DNA of 64,000 nucleotides from Blastocystis sp. Blastoise (Eukaryota; Protista; Bigyra: Opalinata), in NCBI GenBank assembly GCA_039096225.1, contig JBBPEB010000013.1:1178001-1242000 (forward strand), read 5' to 3'. The notes beneath the pieces are model-generated. The model was not told where the DNA came from, ran no database searches, and saw only the letters and a list, made by a program, of their open reading frames with translations. The translations under genes and the position numbers were made by a program. Shown piece after piece: positions 1-30,269 of this stretch. Within the stretch, counting starts at the first letter, position 1. The number at the start of each line of letters is the position of its first letter.

Positions 1-865
1 ATTTCTTCTTTTCAAAATATAATATAATTAAAATAAAATATTAAAAATTAGAAATAAATAAATAAAAAATAAAATAAAATAAAAAAAAGAGAGATAATAA
101 TAATAATAGTAAGCAAGCAAATATTAGTTAAAAACAGCAATAAAAAAAAAAATAATAATAATATATATATATATATATATTATTAATATAAAAATTAAAT
201 TAAATTTTTAAATTTAAAAAAAAATAAAATAAAAATATTTTTGAATCAATATTATTTATTATTTAAATTATCTAACTTATTCATAATTATTTTTTGAGCT
301 TTTTCAAGAGCCTATATAATTTAATAAATCAATAAATATATATTTTATCAACATAATATTCATAATAAAGAAAAAATAAATATATTTACTTCACGTTTTT
401 CTTCATTTTCAAATGATCGTAACATACCCTATATCATATATATTAAATATTACAATAATAAATATTACAATAATTAAACAAACTTACAGAATAATCTAGA
501 GAAGAACCATATAATAAACAATATATTATTATATAAAATAATATTAAAGAAGATATTAAACCAAAACAATTGATTTGTCGACTCATTCGTATTATATTTA
601 ATATATTAAATAGAAATCAAATCAAATTCAAAAAAATCAATCCTTCTTTTACTAAAAAGAAAAGAATACTATAATAAAGAAATTTCTATCAGAAATTTTC
701 ATTTTCTCTTTAACAACAAAAAAGAAAAGAAAAAATAAACAACAAAAATAATCCAGTTTCAATGACTAATATATTCTTAAAATATATTCAGATGTTTTAC
801 TTTCATTTTCAGTTTGTTTCGTTATTTGTTTCTTTATTTCTTCTTTTTATTATTATTTAATTATT

Positions 866-1475
866 ATGTCAATAAATAATTCAATTAATGCAATAAAGAA
901 ACGATTAAATATCTTAGGTTGTCCTTTTGCAGAAAATCAAAATTTATTAAATATGATTTATTATATTTATTATATTTATTTATGTTTATTTATATTTATT
1001 ATATTTATTATATTTATTATATTTATTAAATTTATTTATATTTTATTTTTTATTATAATAATAAAAATAATAATATTTTTTAGATAAACAGATTGTTGTG
1101 AATATTATATCATGGTTAGAAGATACAATTATAAGAATGTATCCTCCTGAAGAAAGAATAGGAATTCGATGTAATAATAGTAATTGGAACAAAGAATTAT
1201 ATAAAGTATTATTATATATTAATATATATATATATTAATATATAATAATAGTATTTATATAATTTGGCTTGTCCTATAAAAGAATCTTATTGTGAAGAAA
1301 ATAAGATAAAGATATTATTATGGATAACATCTTATGCTATTAGTATTGAATATGAAGATAAAGGTAAATATTTATATTATTATTATTATTATTATTAATC
1401 TATTTATTATTATATAGCTGATTTATATAATAATGTTATACCTAATAAAGAAAATATAATGAAAAGTATTTATTA

Positions 1476-1512
<37 letters not shown>

Positions 1513-1528
1513 GATTATTATTACTGTA

Positions 1529-1561
<33 letters not shown>

Positions 1562-2127
1562 ATAATAATAATAATATAGAGATTGAAATAAATCGAGAAA
1601 CAATACATTCTATATGTAATTTATTAAATATTAATTATTCTGAAGATATTGATTTACTCTCTATTATTACTGTATATTATTATTCTATTTATTATATTTT
1701 ATTTATATTTATTTATATTTATTATTATAACTAGCAAATCAAAAATGAACTGAAATCTCGTTATCCTAATGGCTTTCCTATAAATTCAAATCAAAATGAA
1801 TCTCAAATCATCGAATGGAATTATAAACAATATCCTCTTGGATTTAATACAAATAATGAAATGTTAAATAAATGTTGTGTTGTCATGAAATTATTATATT
1901 TAGAAGATATTAAACAATTCCAAAATGGATCTAATAAACTTATTGCTATGGTTCAAGTATTTATTTATTTTATTTTTATTATTTATTTTTATTCATTTTT
2001 ATTTATTTATTTTTATTTATTTTATTATTCTATTTATTATATATATTTTAATTATTATTATTATTTTATTTAGGAATATACTGCAAATCCTATCACAAAT
2101 ACAAATTCTGTACAAATAGGCAAATAA
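866..2127 (+). CDS. RTRAF: RNA transcription, translation and transport factor (RTRAF/C14orf166/CGI-99), multi-exon
   Basis: Spliced exons give KKRLNILGCP, IISWLEDTIIRMYPPEERIGIR...WNKELYKYLYNLACP, YPLGFNTNNEMLNKCCVVMKLLYLEDIKQFQNGSNKLIAMVQ|EYTANPITNTNSVQIGK*, matching RTRAF motifs (WLEDxxIRxY; LGF...RLL...LQ...TAxPxT...GK). The first intron donor is uncertain. Confidence 0.88.
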
Positions 2128-2558
2128 TTAATAAATAATATAAATATATATATATTTTAATTATTATTATTATTTTTTCTCATTATATTTCATTCTTCAT
2201 TTCTTGTTTTGTTATTTCTTCTTTTTATTATATTTATATATTTTTTACTAATAATAATCATATTCATAATTAATCATTATCTATTCATATCATAATCTTT
2301 ATTCATCTTTTTATAATCATAATTATTCTTATAATTGTATTCTTTTCGCTATATTCATTATTCACTTTTCTATTATATAATTTTATTTAATGTTTATTTA
2401 TATATACAATTTGTGTATATTTATATTGTTAAAACTATTTAAAACAAACATATGCAATATAACATTATAACTATTAAAATAATGAAAATTATAAAGATAA
2501 AGAATATATTATAATACTATATATAAATATATTATGTGTATATTAATAAATAACTTCT

Positions 2559-4081
<1,523 letters not shown>

Positions 4082-5021
4082 TATAAAACACTCTTATTAA
4101 ATGTACAAAACTTAGTTTTTACCAAATAATATTATTTAATATAGTAAGAAGAAAAACAAAGAAGTTAACTATGGAAACAAGGACTATTGCCGTCAATTTA
4201 TTATGATTCCCGTGAATCTCCGCCTTATAAAAAAGAAGTTTCTATAAAGAAAAACTTTTACTTCAGATATAACCTTCAGAGATAAGTAAGATTGTCTTAT
4301 TTATATTACAGTTGATCTGAATGACTCTATAAGATCCGTATGATAAGTTATATTAATATATATTTGGAAACCCAATTTCAAATCTTCTTTCATTATTTCT
4401 CATTATGATATATTAGTATTTCCAAACAGTCAATGACTGTTATGAAAAAACTTAAAAACATATTCTTGTTTATTTGCAAATTCAATCATTGTTATAAGTA
4501 TCACTGTATGTACAGGAAACATAAATAAAAGCCAGAAATATGTTATACTCTTAGAATAGTTGTGACTTTATTTGATTAATAGCTATAAAAGATGAAAAAT
4601 ATTAAAGTTTTGTTGTTGAACTGATCCTGCCAAATACGAATATATCCATTGAATAGTGCACAACACATATGTAAATATTGATAATATAGAATGGCTGTAA
4701 ACTATTATCTCACAAATAACTTATTAATTATGAAAAAACAATCATTCCATGACATTAGGATACGAATAATATTTAGAAAACCTTTTAATACGTATCAAAT
4801 CATAATATATGTTTGCTTCTGATAAATATTAATAATTAATAATAAAATGATATTTCAAGATTATCAGTGTTTTATCATAAATAAGGTATTACATCTCCTT
4901 TATTTAATTTAAAGATCGTTTGAAATTAAAAATGCAAAAATAAAATAGATACTCAGAATAAAACTGTTTATGTTTTTTATTTTGTTGTTTATATAGCGTG
5001 CATAATTTTTGTAGAACAACT

Positions 5022-6568
5022 ATGAACTTTTTTTACGAAGCTGTGCTTGTACTATTTCTTGTACTACAAAACACATCACTGACAATGATTTATCGATATT
5101 CACGCCTTATTGGAGAGCAGAATTATGCTACATCTACTGCCGTTGTTATGACTGAAGTGTTTAAAATTATAGTTGCATTTACTGTTTACATGGTACTCAA
5201 TATCAGATTGTTTAAAACATGCAATATTTCTGTATATTTCTCGTTTTTTCCTTTTATTTTCCTTTTTAGGATTTATGGACGTCATTAAAAACAAAGGATA
5301 GTCTTATTTTAATGATTATTCCCTCTATGTTTTATTCATTACAAAATAATTTATCGTATTTATTAATTAAGTATATAATATTTTTGCTTATAGATATTTT
5401 GCGGCATCTAATTTGAGTCCTTTTGTTTTCAGTGTATATAGATATGTTAAATATTTTATTCTTTTATAATATATATCTATATATATAGGTCTTATCTCAA
5501 AGCAAATTATTTTTCACCGTTCTGTGTAGTGTTATTTTCTTAAAGAAGCACGTGTCACGTGTCCAATGGATGTCTTTATTGATTTTACTGATGGGTGTTG
5601 TATCGGTAGACTATGATAATAATCATAGTAAACAGTCTATTCAAGGAGATGTATATATATTCTTTTTTTATTTTATTTCTGATTCGATTAGTCTTTTGTA
5701 TATAGATTTCTATTAAATATATACTGTTATTATTATAAATTATTTACTTATTTATATATAGCATCCTTTACTAGCCTCTCTTGCAGTTCTTCTGTCTGCC
5801 TTTTCATCTGGTATATATATTATACTATCCTATTTATATATATATATATATTTCTTAATTCTCATTAGTGTTATTATATATGTATATATATATATATATA
5901 TTCTAAAGGGTTATGTTCAGTTCTTATGGAATATATATATAAACATACTAGTACTACTCCTTCTACTCCTGTTACTCCTTCTTCTTCATCTTCTATGCCA
6001 TCTTCATTCTTATATACATTATATACATTCTCTATGCAAACACTTGCTTTGTCAATTGGAGGCTTAGTATACTCACTTCTTATTGCATACATGACACATG
6101 GAACACAAATAATAGCGAATGGATTCTTTTATGGATATAATAAATATGCTATAATCTGCATTGTTCTAAGTGTATATACATATTATCATTATTTTCATTT
6201 AAGTATACTTTGGTTTTTTCTTTTCTTTACTGTTGTTTCTATAGGGAGTTGGAGGTATATGTGTTGGTATGATGCTGAAATACTTGAATTCTATATATAA
6301 AACAGTCTCAGTATCCATTTCATTAATTGTTTCCTGTGTTCATATCCTTATATATATATATATTAATAATAATAAATATTTCAGTATTATTGTTTTATAA
6401 TCTAGTAAGTGAATATATTTTTTATATAAATTTGGTCACCTTAATTGTTTACTCTCTGTTCTTCTCTTCCACTATAAGTTCTCCATCTATTTATTTATTG
6501 GATTATTATGTGTCTTATTCTCTTCATTTCTCTATACATATGACTCTAAACAAAAGAAATCAGATTAA
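5022..6568 (+). CDS. SLC35A-family nucleotide-sugar transporter (UDP-Gal/CMP-Sia/UDP-GlcNAc type), multi-exon
   Basis: LVLQNTSLTMIYRYSR, YATSTAVVMTEVFK, IPSMFYSLQNNLSYFAASNL, SQSKLFFT, QWMSLLILLMGV, GFFYGYN, GVGGICVGMMLKYLNSIYK, ending LLCVLFSSFLYTYDSKQKKSD* once the AT-AC intron is removed. Confidence 0.9.
6342..6452 (+). other. U12-type (minor spliceosome) AT-AC intron, 111 nt
   Basis: 5' site ATATCCTT (6342-6349), branch-like CCTTAA (6439-6444), 3' end AC (6451-6452). Removal joins GTT C|TC TCT to give SLIVSCVLSVLLF in frame. Confidence 0.88.
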
Positions 6569-6915
6569 TATCAATATAGATTTATCAATATATATATTTT
6601 TTTTTTAAATTCATAGTTATAATAAATATTCTTATATTCCCTTTTATAAGTACATATCTTATCATTCGTATTTTCTTGTGTCACTTCATTCATTCATACT
6701 ATTATCATAACAATGAAATTAATAATCTTTTAAATAATTCTCAATTAAGCATATATGTTTCTTAATTCAAAAGAATAGTTATGAATATAAATTATATTGA
6801 TATATTAATAGATAACAAAAAGAGCCATAATTTTTATATGACCTAGTAGACTTTGAATAAAAAAAGTAATAGAAAAAGGAAAAAATAGAAAAGGAAAAGA
6901 TAAATAACATCAATC

Positions 6916-7701
6916 TTAATGTTTCTTCTTTCTTGAATTTAAATCTTCAGCAATCTATATAATAATGTTTATTAATAATAATGATGTAACTATAAAATTT
7001 AAAAAAATATAAATACTGTTTTAACTGTGGTATGTGTTTTTATTAAGTCTTTACTAATATTTGCATATTCATCCGATGAAAAGAATGCTAATACCTAAAT
7101 ATATAAATAATGAATATATTGATAAAAAAAAATAGTTCTTGACAAATACATTTTGAGCTTTTCTTTCTATAGATTTTTCTTTCCACGATTGAATATTTAT
7201 TTTTCTATATATATATTGTATATTATATATATATTATTCATTTATATTTATACTCATCAAGAATTGGTTCAGGAATAACAACTTTAGTTTTCATTTGCTC
7301 ATCATCTTCAACTGTTTTTTCAAAAGATTCTAATAATTCATTTATTCTTTTCATTTTATCTTGATATTCTTGTTGTAACTTTTCAATTTCAGAATCTAGT
7401 AATGTATCATCTGGTTCTTCTGGACCTTTTTCGTCTTTCTTAATATCATCTGGACGAGTAGTATTGGATTTAATGAGTCTTATAACATCATCTCGAATTG
7501 ATTGTGTTGCTTTTCTGATATTCTTTACAATTCATAGTTAATTAAGTGCATCCTAAATCATACCTCTTTATGTTCATCACTGATTGTCAGATCAGATATA
7601 TATTTCTGCGTACTAGTTGCAAAAGAAGTATCTAACTCGTCAACTAAAGAAGGATAACCTCCATAAACCAAAGGTATTATAGCTTGATTCTGAGTAGACA
7701 T
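6916..7701 (-). CDS. Small coiled-coil protein, possible Nsl1/Mis14 (Mis12 kinetochore complex) homologue
   Basis: Not in the ORF track. Splices as MSTQNQAIIPLVYGGYPSLVDELD...IRDDVIRLIKSN...EEPDDTLLDSEIEKLQQEYQDKMKRINEL...TIAEDLNSRKKKH*. The EPxDxxLxxxIxxL helix resembles Nsl1. The gene is likely real; its identity is tentative. Confidence 0.5.
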
Positions 7702-8366
7702 GAAAAAATATAAAATACATTTAAAAATTAATTTTTTTAGCTTATCCTGTAAAGAATATATTCTAAAATTTTTATATATTTGTTTTTGCGGAATAATAAC
7801 AATGTGTCAAATACTCATACATTTAAAAAAACGTATTTAGGAAATGACTATCAACAAAAGCGTTGATTTATCTTTTTTTTAATGTATTTCTTATTTGCTA
7901 ATAGTAGATTATATTGTATTTACTATTCTCATTGTATATCATTCGAATCCAAATGATTGTCACCATTGTGTGAAGTTCCATTTCCATTAACATAAGCAAA
8001 ATATTTATGTTCATCATATAGATACATGAGTGGAATAGTATTCATCATATTTATATATCTTAAATGATAAACAATGTGGTGGTCATTAAGTCAACTAAAA
8101 AACCAACTCTGTTCTTCCTATGTGACATAGTCAGATAATCTCAGATATGTACATTTTAAAACTTTTCAAGTATTTTAGAAGAAGAATAAAGAAATAGAAA
8201 TAAACAAAAGTAGATTCTCGATTGTGTAACTTGTTCTGGCTTAAAAAATGAAAATTCCCATTTCTGTTTTTCAATTCCCATACTTCTATTTTAAACCAAT
8301 TTTGTCTTTATAATTTGTTGTTGTTGCATTTTGCTGATTGAACATTTTAATAATCAAGTCAGCAGA

Positions 8367-19523
<11,157 letters not shown>

Positions 19524-19793
19524 TAGCTACTTGGTCCTATAACTCGTTGATTGTATTCCTTTATAGCTTATGTTTTTTTTTTTCCGTTTTACTTGTTCAC
19601 TTTTAAGAGTATCAAGTATCTTTATATATATATTAAATGCTATTTTTGAACATATTTACTTCTTTAATTATATTGTTTAGTTATTAATTAAAAATGTTTT
19701 ATTTAAAATAACAATACAAAATGATGAACTTCTATATGACTGATAAAAAAAACGAAAAAAAAAAATAAAAATAAGAATAATAATTTATATATA

Positions 19794-24302
<4,509 letters not shown>

Positions 24303-24934
24303 TTGATTCTGATAATAAATATTTTGTATTTAAAAATAAATTCATTTTTTGAAATTTGGATCATGTGAGTTAAATGTCGTTTTTTCTTAAAATTTAAAAA
24401 TTATCAAGAAATACTATTCATCATCATGCATATTATTCTTTCGACATACAAAAATCCTTTTGGAACTTTTTATTATACAAAACAAAATAATAGATTTTTG
24501 TTGTTATTTTTCGTGTTGAATTTCTATTCATATGTATATATATATATTTCTTTAAGGTAAGTTTATATTAGTACGTAGTATGCATAGTTATAAATCTATA
24601 ATTTCATCAAAACCATAAATCACCCATTAATGTTATATTAGCTTAATAAATGAAATATGAAGTTATAAGAAACGTGTTGATATTTGTTTTATGATTCCTT
24701 TTGAAAAATATATGTTAGTGAAACTAAATAGTTTAAAATGTATGTCCTACATCTCATGTTGTTATATAGTCATATATCCTCTTAGAAAGACTTGTATGTA
24801 TTAGAAAAAAACACTAAAAACATTTGTCAGTGAACCATTCATTTTTATTATCTTATACCATCATAAAATAACAAAACAATATAATACATAGTAATTTAAT
24901 AACAATAACAATCAATAAACAATATAGCCTTTTA

Positions 24935-26308
24935 TTATTTCATATTAATAGCTTTTAATAATTTTTTATTTGTAACTTTTGGTTTTCCTAAAAGTGATGT
25001 TTTTGATTGTTCCTTCTTATGTTTCTCGTGTTTCTTATGTTTCTCTTTATTCTTTTCTTTCTTTTTCTTATCCTCATTCTCAGTATTTTCTGTGAGTTTA
25101 CTATCCTTAGTAGATGATAAATGCTTTTCTTTTTCATTATTATTTCCATCTTTATTTTCTTTATGATGTTTCTTCTCTTTATGATGTTTCTTTTCCTTAT
25201 TTTTTTCGATTAAAGAATCTCCTTCTTGATCTTTATTACCGCGGTTATCAGTTTCATTACTTGATTCTTTAGTATATGTAGAATTAGTATTATGTTTATC
25301 TATTACATTTTCATGAACATTATTACTATTATTCATTTGACCAAATTTAGCGAAGAAATCTTTATTAATTTGTTTTCCATTTAAACTTGTTTCTTTTGGA
25401 ATTCTATTTTGAGGTTGAGGTAATGGTACATAAGGTGTTTTAATAAACTGATCTACATCCACTAATTCTTTTGTACTTACGTATCTTCTTAATCCACTTT
25501 TATCTAAATATGTTTTCCCTTTAAATAAATTATTAATAGGTATTTCACCATCTCTATCTGGATCAGATCGTAAACAATGTATACTATTAGCATTTGATTG
25601 TAATATTTTATAATATTGAACCATTTCATTCTCTGTAAGTCCACGTGCATGAGCTACAATAGTATCCACACTTTGTTTATTAAATATAGATTCATTACGA
25701 TTATATTTAATATTTATATCACCTCCTTTTTTAATTGACTTTAATATTAAATAATCTCTATCTGCTATTTGATCATCTGTTTTCTCTGTAAGAATTAGCA
25801 TTTCTTCCATAGTATTACAAAATACACGATAATCTTTACCATCGTGATAAGGATCTATAGGCTCAACATATGGGCTACTATTTTGTATTTGATCATATAT
25901 ATACTTTAATGTATCTTCTATACTAATAATCCTAGAAGAAGAAGAAGAAGAAGAAGAAGAACCAAGGCGAGCATATAATTGTTTAAATCTATATTTACAA
26001 GAAAGACAAAAGTAAGGAAATTGAAAATGAACCCTATATATATATATTATATTCTATATATCAAAATATAGTATAATGAATATTTGAGAAAATTTAATTT
26101 ATATATATATATATATAATATACCAATCCATATTTTTAACAAATGGTTTTTTAGTGTCATAAAATGGTTTCATCTTATAATATTCTTGAAGAAGACCTTC
26201 CATTAATAATAAGTCTAATGTTCTATGCCATGTTCTTCTATAATATATATATATTATTTATTGATGATATATAACATATATTTATATTAATATTACATAA
26301 AAAAGTGT

Positions 26309-26355
<47 letters not shown>

Positions 26356-26561
26356 AATGATATATATATATATATACGAGACAAGGAAGTATAGTCTAGT
26401 TACATAGAATATATTAGCGTCAATACTCGTTCTATAAGGAATACTCATAGAAACAACAACCCAGGGTATCTTTGTTATAGGCCATCCAACACCTATATAT
26501 ATATATATAGGTAATCTATATTAAATAAAATAATAATAGTAATAATAATTATAATAATAAT

Positions 26562-26630
<69 letters not shown>

Positions 26631-27336
26631 AGGATCAATTGACTTATCGTAATATTTTAATATAGCATGACATAAAGCATCCATCTATATATATATATAT
26701 ATACAATAAGAATAATAGATATATATATAATAACATATATATATATATATACTTCTTCTATTGACCATTCACCAGTGTTTTTATTCTCTATATAATGTTC
26801 ATACATCTTCTTTAATATATCTTGAGGTCTATATATATATTATACATAAATTGATAAATAGAATATCCATATATAAGATAACAATACTCTTAATATTTAA
26901 AAAACCGTGATTATATACCTATTCATTATTTGTGAAATCTTCGGCCATTGTTTTCCATGCTCCTTGACCTATAAATAGTATAATATTATACTCTAATCAT
27001 ACAAAAATGCTAAATATTTACTAAATTAATTAATTCCATATATTCATCATCACTTATTCTTGTTGAACTATAAACTTTCGATCTTAAAACACTTTGAATT
27101 TCTCGACCTAATCGTCCTCGATGCTCGGGATATAGAGATATAATCATGTCATACAAGTTTCGAAATCCTGATTTTATCAATCCTTTTTCCATTATCATGT
27201 TGTATCCCACTTGCTTGTCTATACCTCCTTTAGTAAGTTCTGCATCAATCAATTCTAAATAGCTTCGCCTGATTTCATTAGTCAACTGCAATTTAGCTTC
27301 ATGACGGAATTTCTTCTGACGTAATATTGACTCCAT
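24935..27336 (-). CDS. Myb-repeat DNA-binding protein, Reb1/TTF1/DMTF1-like, with K/H-rich basic tail
   Basis: Spliced exons give ISDDEYMELINL|VKEHGKQWPKISQIMNR...KNTGEWSIEE|MDALCHAILKY...IPWVVVSMSIPYRT...RTWHRTLDLLL, i.e. tandem Trp-spaced Myb/SANT repeats in the Reb1/TTF1 arrangement. Confidence 0.72.
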
Positions 27337-27744
27337 ACTTATTCTCAATACAAATATTTATTATTTCCTAATCTAATGCTGTATCCTTTCAATATAAAGA
27401 AGAATCAAATGAGTATTCATTATCACGATTTTTATTTTATTTCTAGTCCTCTTTCAAAAATTCCATTAAATATGAATAGAAAAAGTTTTCCTGTTCTTAG
27501 TTCAATTTATCTCTGATTTCTGAGATTACCTATCTCGTTATACTGTAATTAATTTATAAACAGTATCCTTTTTATAAGAAATATATATATATTCTATTAT
27601 TTCCTTCCAAATTTCTGCTCAAAGAGGTCGATATTAGGTATATCTTGCTATTTTGATAGTCTCAACACATAGAGCAGAGTTTTTGCTCAGGTTTATTATA
27701 CCTCCTTCTACAATAATTAGCTTTCTTAAAAACAAATTCTATTA

Positions 27745-28239
27745 ATGCATACGAGGCCACATTTTCGCTCGTCAAGAACAGATTATATATACAACAGAAT
27801 TGAATTTAATACAATTCGAAGCTCAAATGATATAGATATTGATATGGGTATACATTATGAACCTATACGATACGATAATGTACAAAATTTGAAACATCAA
27901 ACAGTTGATCAGAACATTGAGCTTTTGAATTCTATGATTAATAACAATGAAAATGAATCTAAAAAGAGAATTAGAATTAAAACACAAATAATTGATTTTT
28001 ATGGAAATGTTGTATCTACATCAAATGATGAGCTAGATAGTGATAGTAGCGATTCTGAAACTGAAATTAATCTCGATGAAAATGTTGAAATTACAAAGAA
28101 AGAACTCCAGTTAGAAAATGTTGTCACATTCAAAGATTTACTTTATCAATTATCTTCAGATGATGTAAAACTCTATCAAAACTCTGAATTTATAGATTTT
28201 ATTCCCGAACTACCACCTTTAAAAGAATTTTGTAGGTAA
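27745..28239 (+). CDS. Hypothetical protein; probably has additional upstream exons
   Basis: 164-aa open frame with natural composition and an acidic SDSSDSETE patch. Short GT-AG intron-like segments occur upstream (27638-27720). Confidence 0.55.
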   Translation: MHTRPHFRSSRTDYIYNRIEFNTIRSSNDIDIDMGIHYEPIRYDNVQNLKHQTVDQNIELLNSMINNNENESKKRIRIKTQIIDFYGNVVSTSNDELDSDSSDSETEINLDENVEITKKELQLENVVTFKDLLYQLSSDDVKLYQNSEFIDFIPELPPLKEFCR

Positions 28240-28463
28240 TTATTGTTTCTATATTGTTAATTTTGTTTTGTTTGTATATAATAGTTAAATCTATATATTG
28301 AGTGTCAATTTATTAATAAAATCAAGTTTCAATTTTTATTTTTTTTTAAAAGAATGTTTTTTTTTAAATGGAAAAATATATATGGTAGTATAAATAGGAA
28401 GCTGTGAACATTTTTTTGTTGTGTTTTCTTATTTTTTAAGTTTTTTCTTCCGTTATTTTGAAG

Positions 28464-30006
28464 ATGGTGAAAGAAAAGGTGTTATTTGATATTGATAAGT
28501 TTAATAGATTGAAGGAGGATATCAATGTATATGAAGAATTGATGAAAGATGTTGTTAATGTATTTGGATCAGTAATGAATCTTGGTATACATTCTGGAAT
28601 ATCGATTAATAGGCTTATTAAGCATATTGGAGATGATTGTATTGAAAAGGAAGATGAAAGAAATAGATTTGAAAAGAAATCTTTTTATGAAAGAAAGAAT
28701 AATGAAGATATGAATATCAATATGGATGATAATAATGATAATGATAATGATCTAATTCAGTTTACGAATAATGGTCCTGTATTTCAAATATCGAAATCTG
28801 TTTTGGATACCTTGAAAGGTTCTTTTATTGAAGAACAACGTGAAGAAGAATATAGAACAAATGATGGATTCATATATCTTGACTACAGGGGTAATGATAT
28901 TTTTATTTACTATTTAATAGATTATTTGAATGGAAAGAAAGTAGATTTTTCTCAATTTTCTTATGAAGAACAATTAGAACTATTGAATTTATTTGAATAT
29001 TGTGGATTAGTGATTCCTATAGAATTAATCAATTGTAGAGAAAGAAGAGATCGAAAGATGAAGAAATATGAAGAAGAAAATGAAGTTTCTTTGATTATAA
29101 ATGAAAATAAGAATGATATTATTAAAGAATATTTGATACAGAATGGATTATGGAATGAATATGTTAAGAATTATGATAATGGATTTATTAATTATAATCC
29201 TATTGATAATAGTTTATATATGAATAAGAAATATGAATATATTGAATATATTACTGAATATGTGAATAATGGAACTATAGATATAGAAGAAGAAAAGTTA
29301 AGTGATATTAATAAAGAATTATTAGAGAACGAAATGGTTGAATTATTTGGTGAAAAAGGAAGAGAAGAAGCAAAAGAAGCAATTACTCCATTTAAATGTT
29401 TTAATGATACAAAAATACTTATAAATAAAGTGATGGAAACTCCTTTAGTGAATTGGCTTGGTAAAGAAAAGAAATGGAAATTGTTATTTAGAGCAAGTGA
29501 TCATAATTATTCTGCAAGTGAATTCCATAAATATTGTGATAATAAAGGAGAAACAGTAACTCTAATTAAACATATCGGTCATAATAATCATATGAATATA
29601 TTTGGAGGATATACAGATCAAAGTTGGAAATCTGGGTCTGGAAGTATATATTTATTATATATAAAATATATATTTTATAATTTAAATAGGTTATAAACCT
29701 TATTCAAAAGAATTTCTCTTTACATTAAATAATGAACATAATATTCCTCCTACTCAATATGATTATACAAATACTAGTAAAAGTTGTGGTATCTATTGTT
29801 CTTCTTCTTATGGTCCTGTATTTGGAGGTGGTCATGATATTTATATATGTGATCAGTGTCATAATAATACTAATTCTTATTGTACTGTTTCTTATTATAC
29901 TCAAGTGAATACTCCTCAAAAGAATTCATTATTTGTAAATACGAATGATGTTAATTCTAAAAATCATTTTATAGTAGAAGATTATGAAGTTTGGGGAAGA
30001 ATGTGA
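28464..30006 (+). CDS. BTB-like x2 + TLDc domain protein (copy A), one intron 29644-29689
   Basis: DGFIYLDYRGNDIFIYYLIDYLNG resembles the KCTD-type BTB motif. TLDc: WKLLFRASDHNYSASEFHKYCDNKGETVTLIK...IFGGYT...FLFTL...GPVFGGGHDIYI...EDYEVW. Confidence 0.88.
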
Positions 30007-30269
30007 GTTGATTAATAAATTTCATTTGTTTCTTTTTTATATATTATTCATTTTTTATCTTTAATCCTTTTTCCTTATTGTTTCAAATATATGTAAATGC
30101 AAATATATGTATATTTATTTTTTTTTTGTTTAGATATATTAATAGTATTATAACAACAACTCTCATCTAAAAAAAATATTTAATAACAAAAAAAAATGAA
30201 ATATAAATAAAAAAAATAATAAATAAATTTTTATACAATTCATAATAAGCAAAAAAAAATAAATAATTA

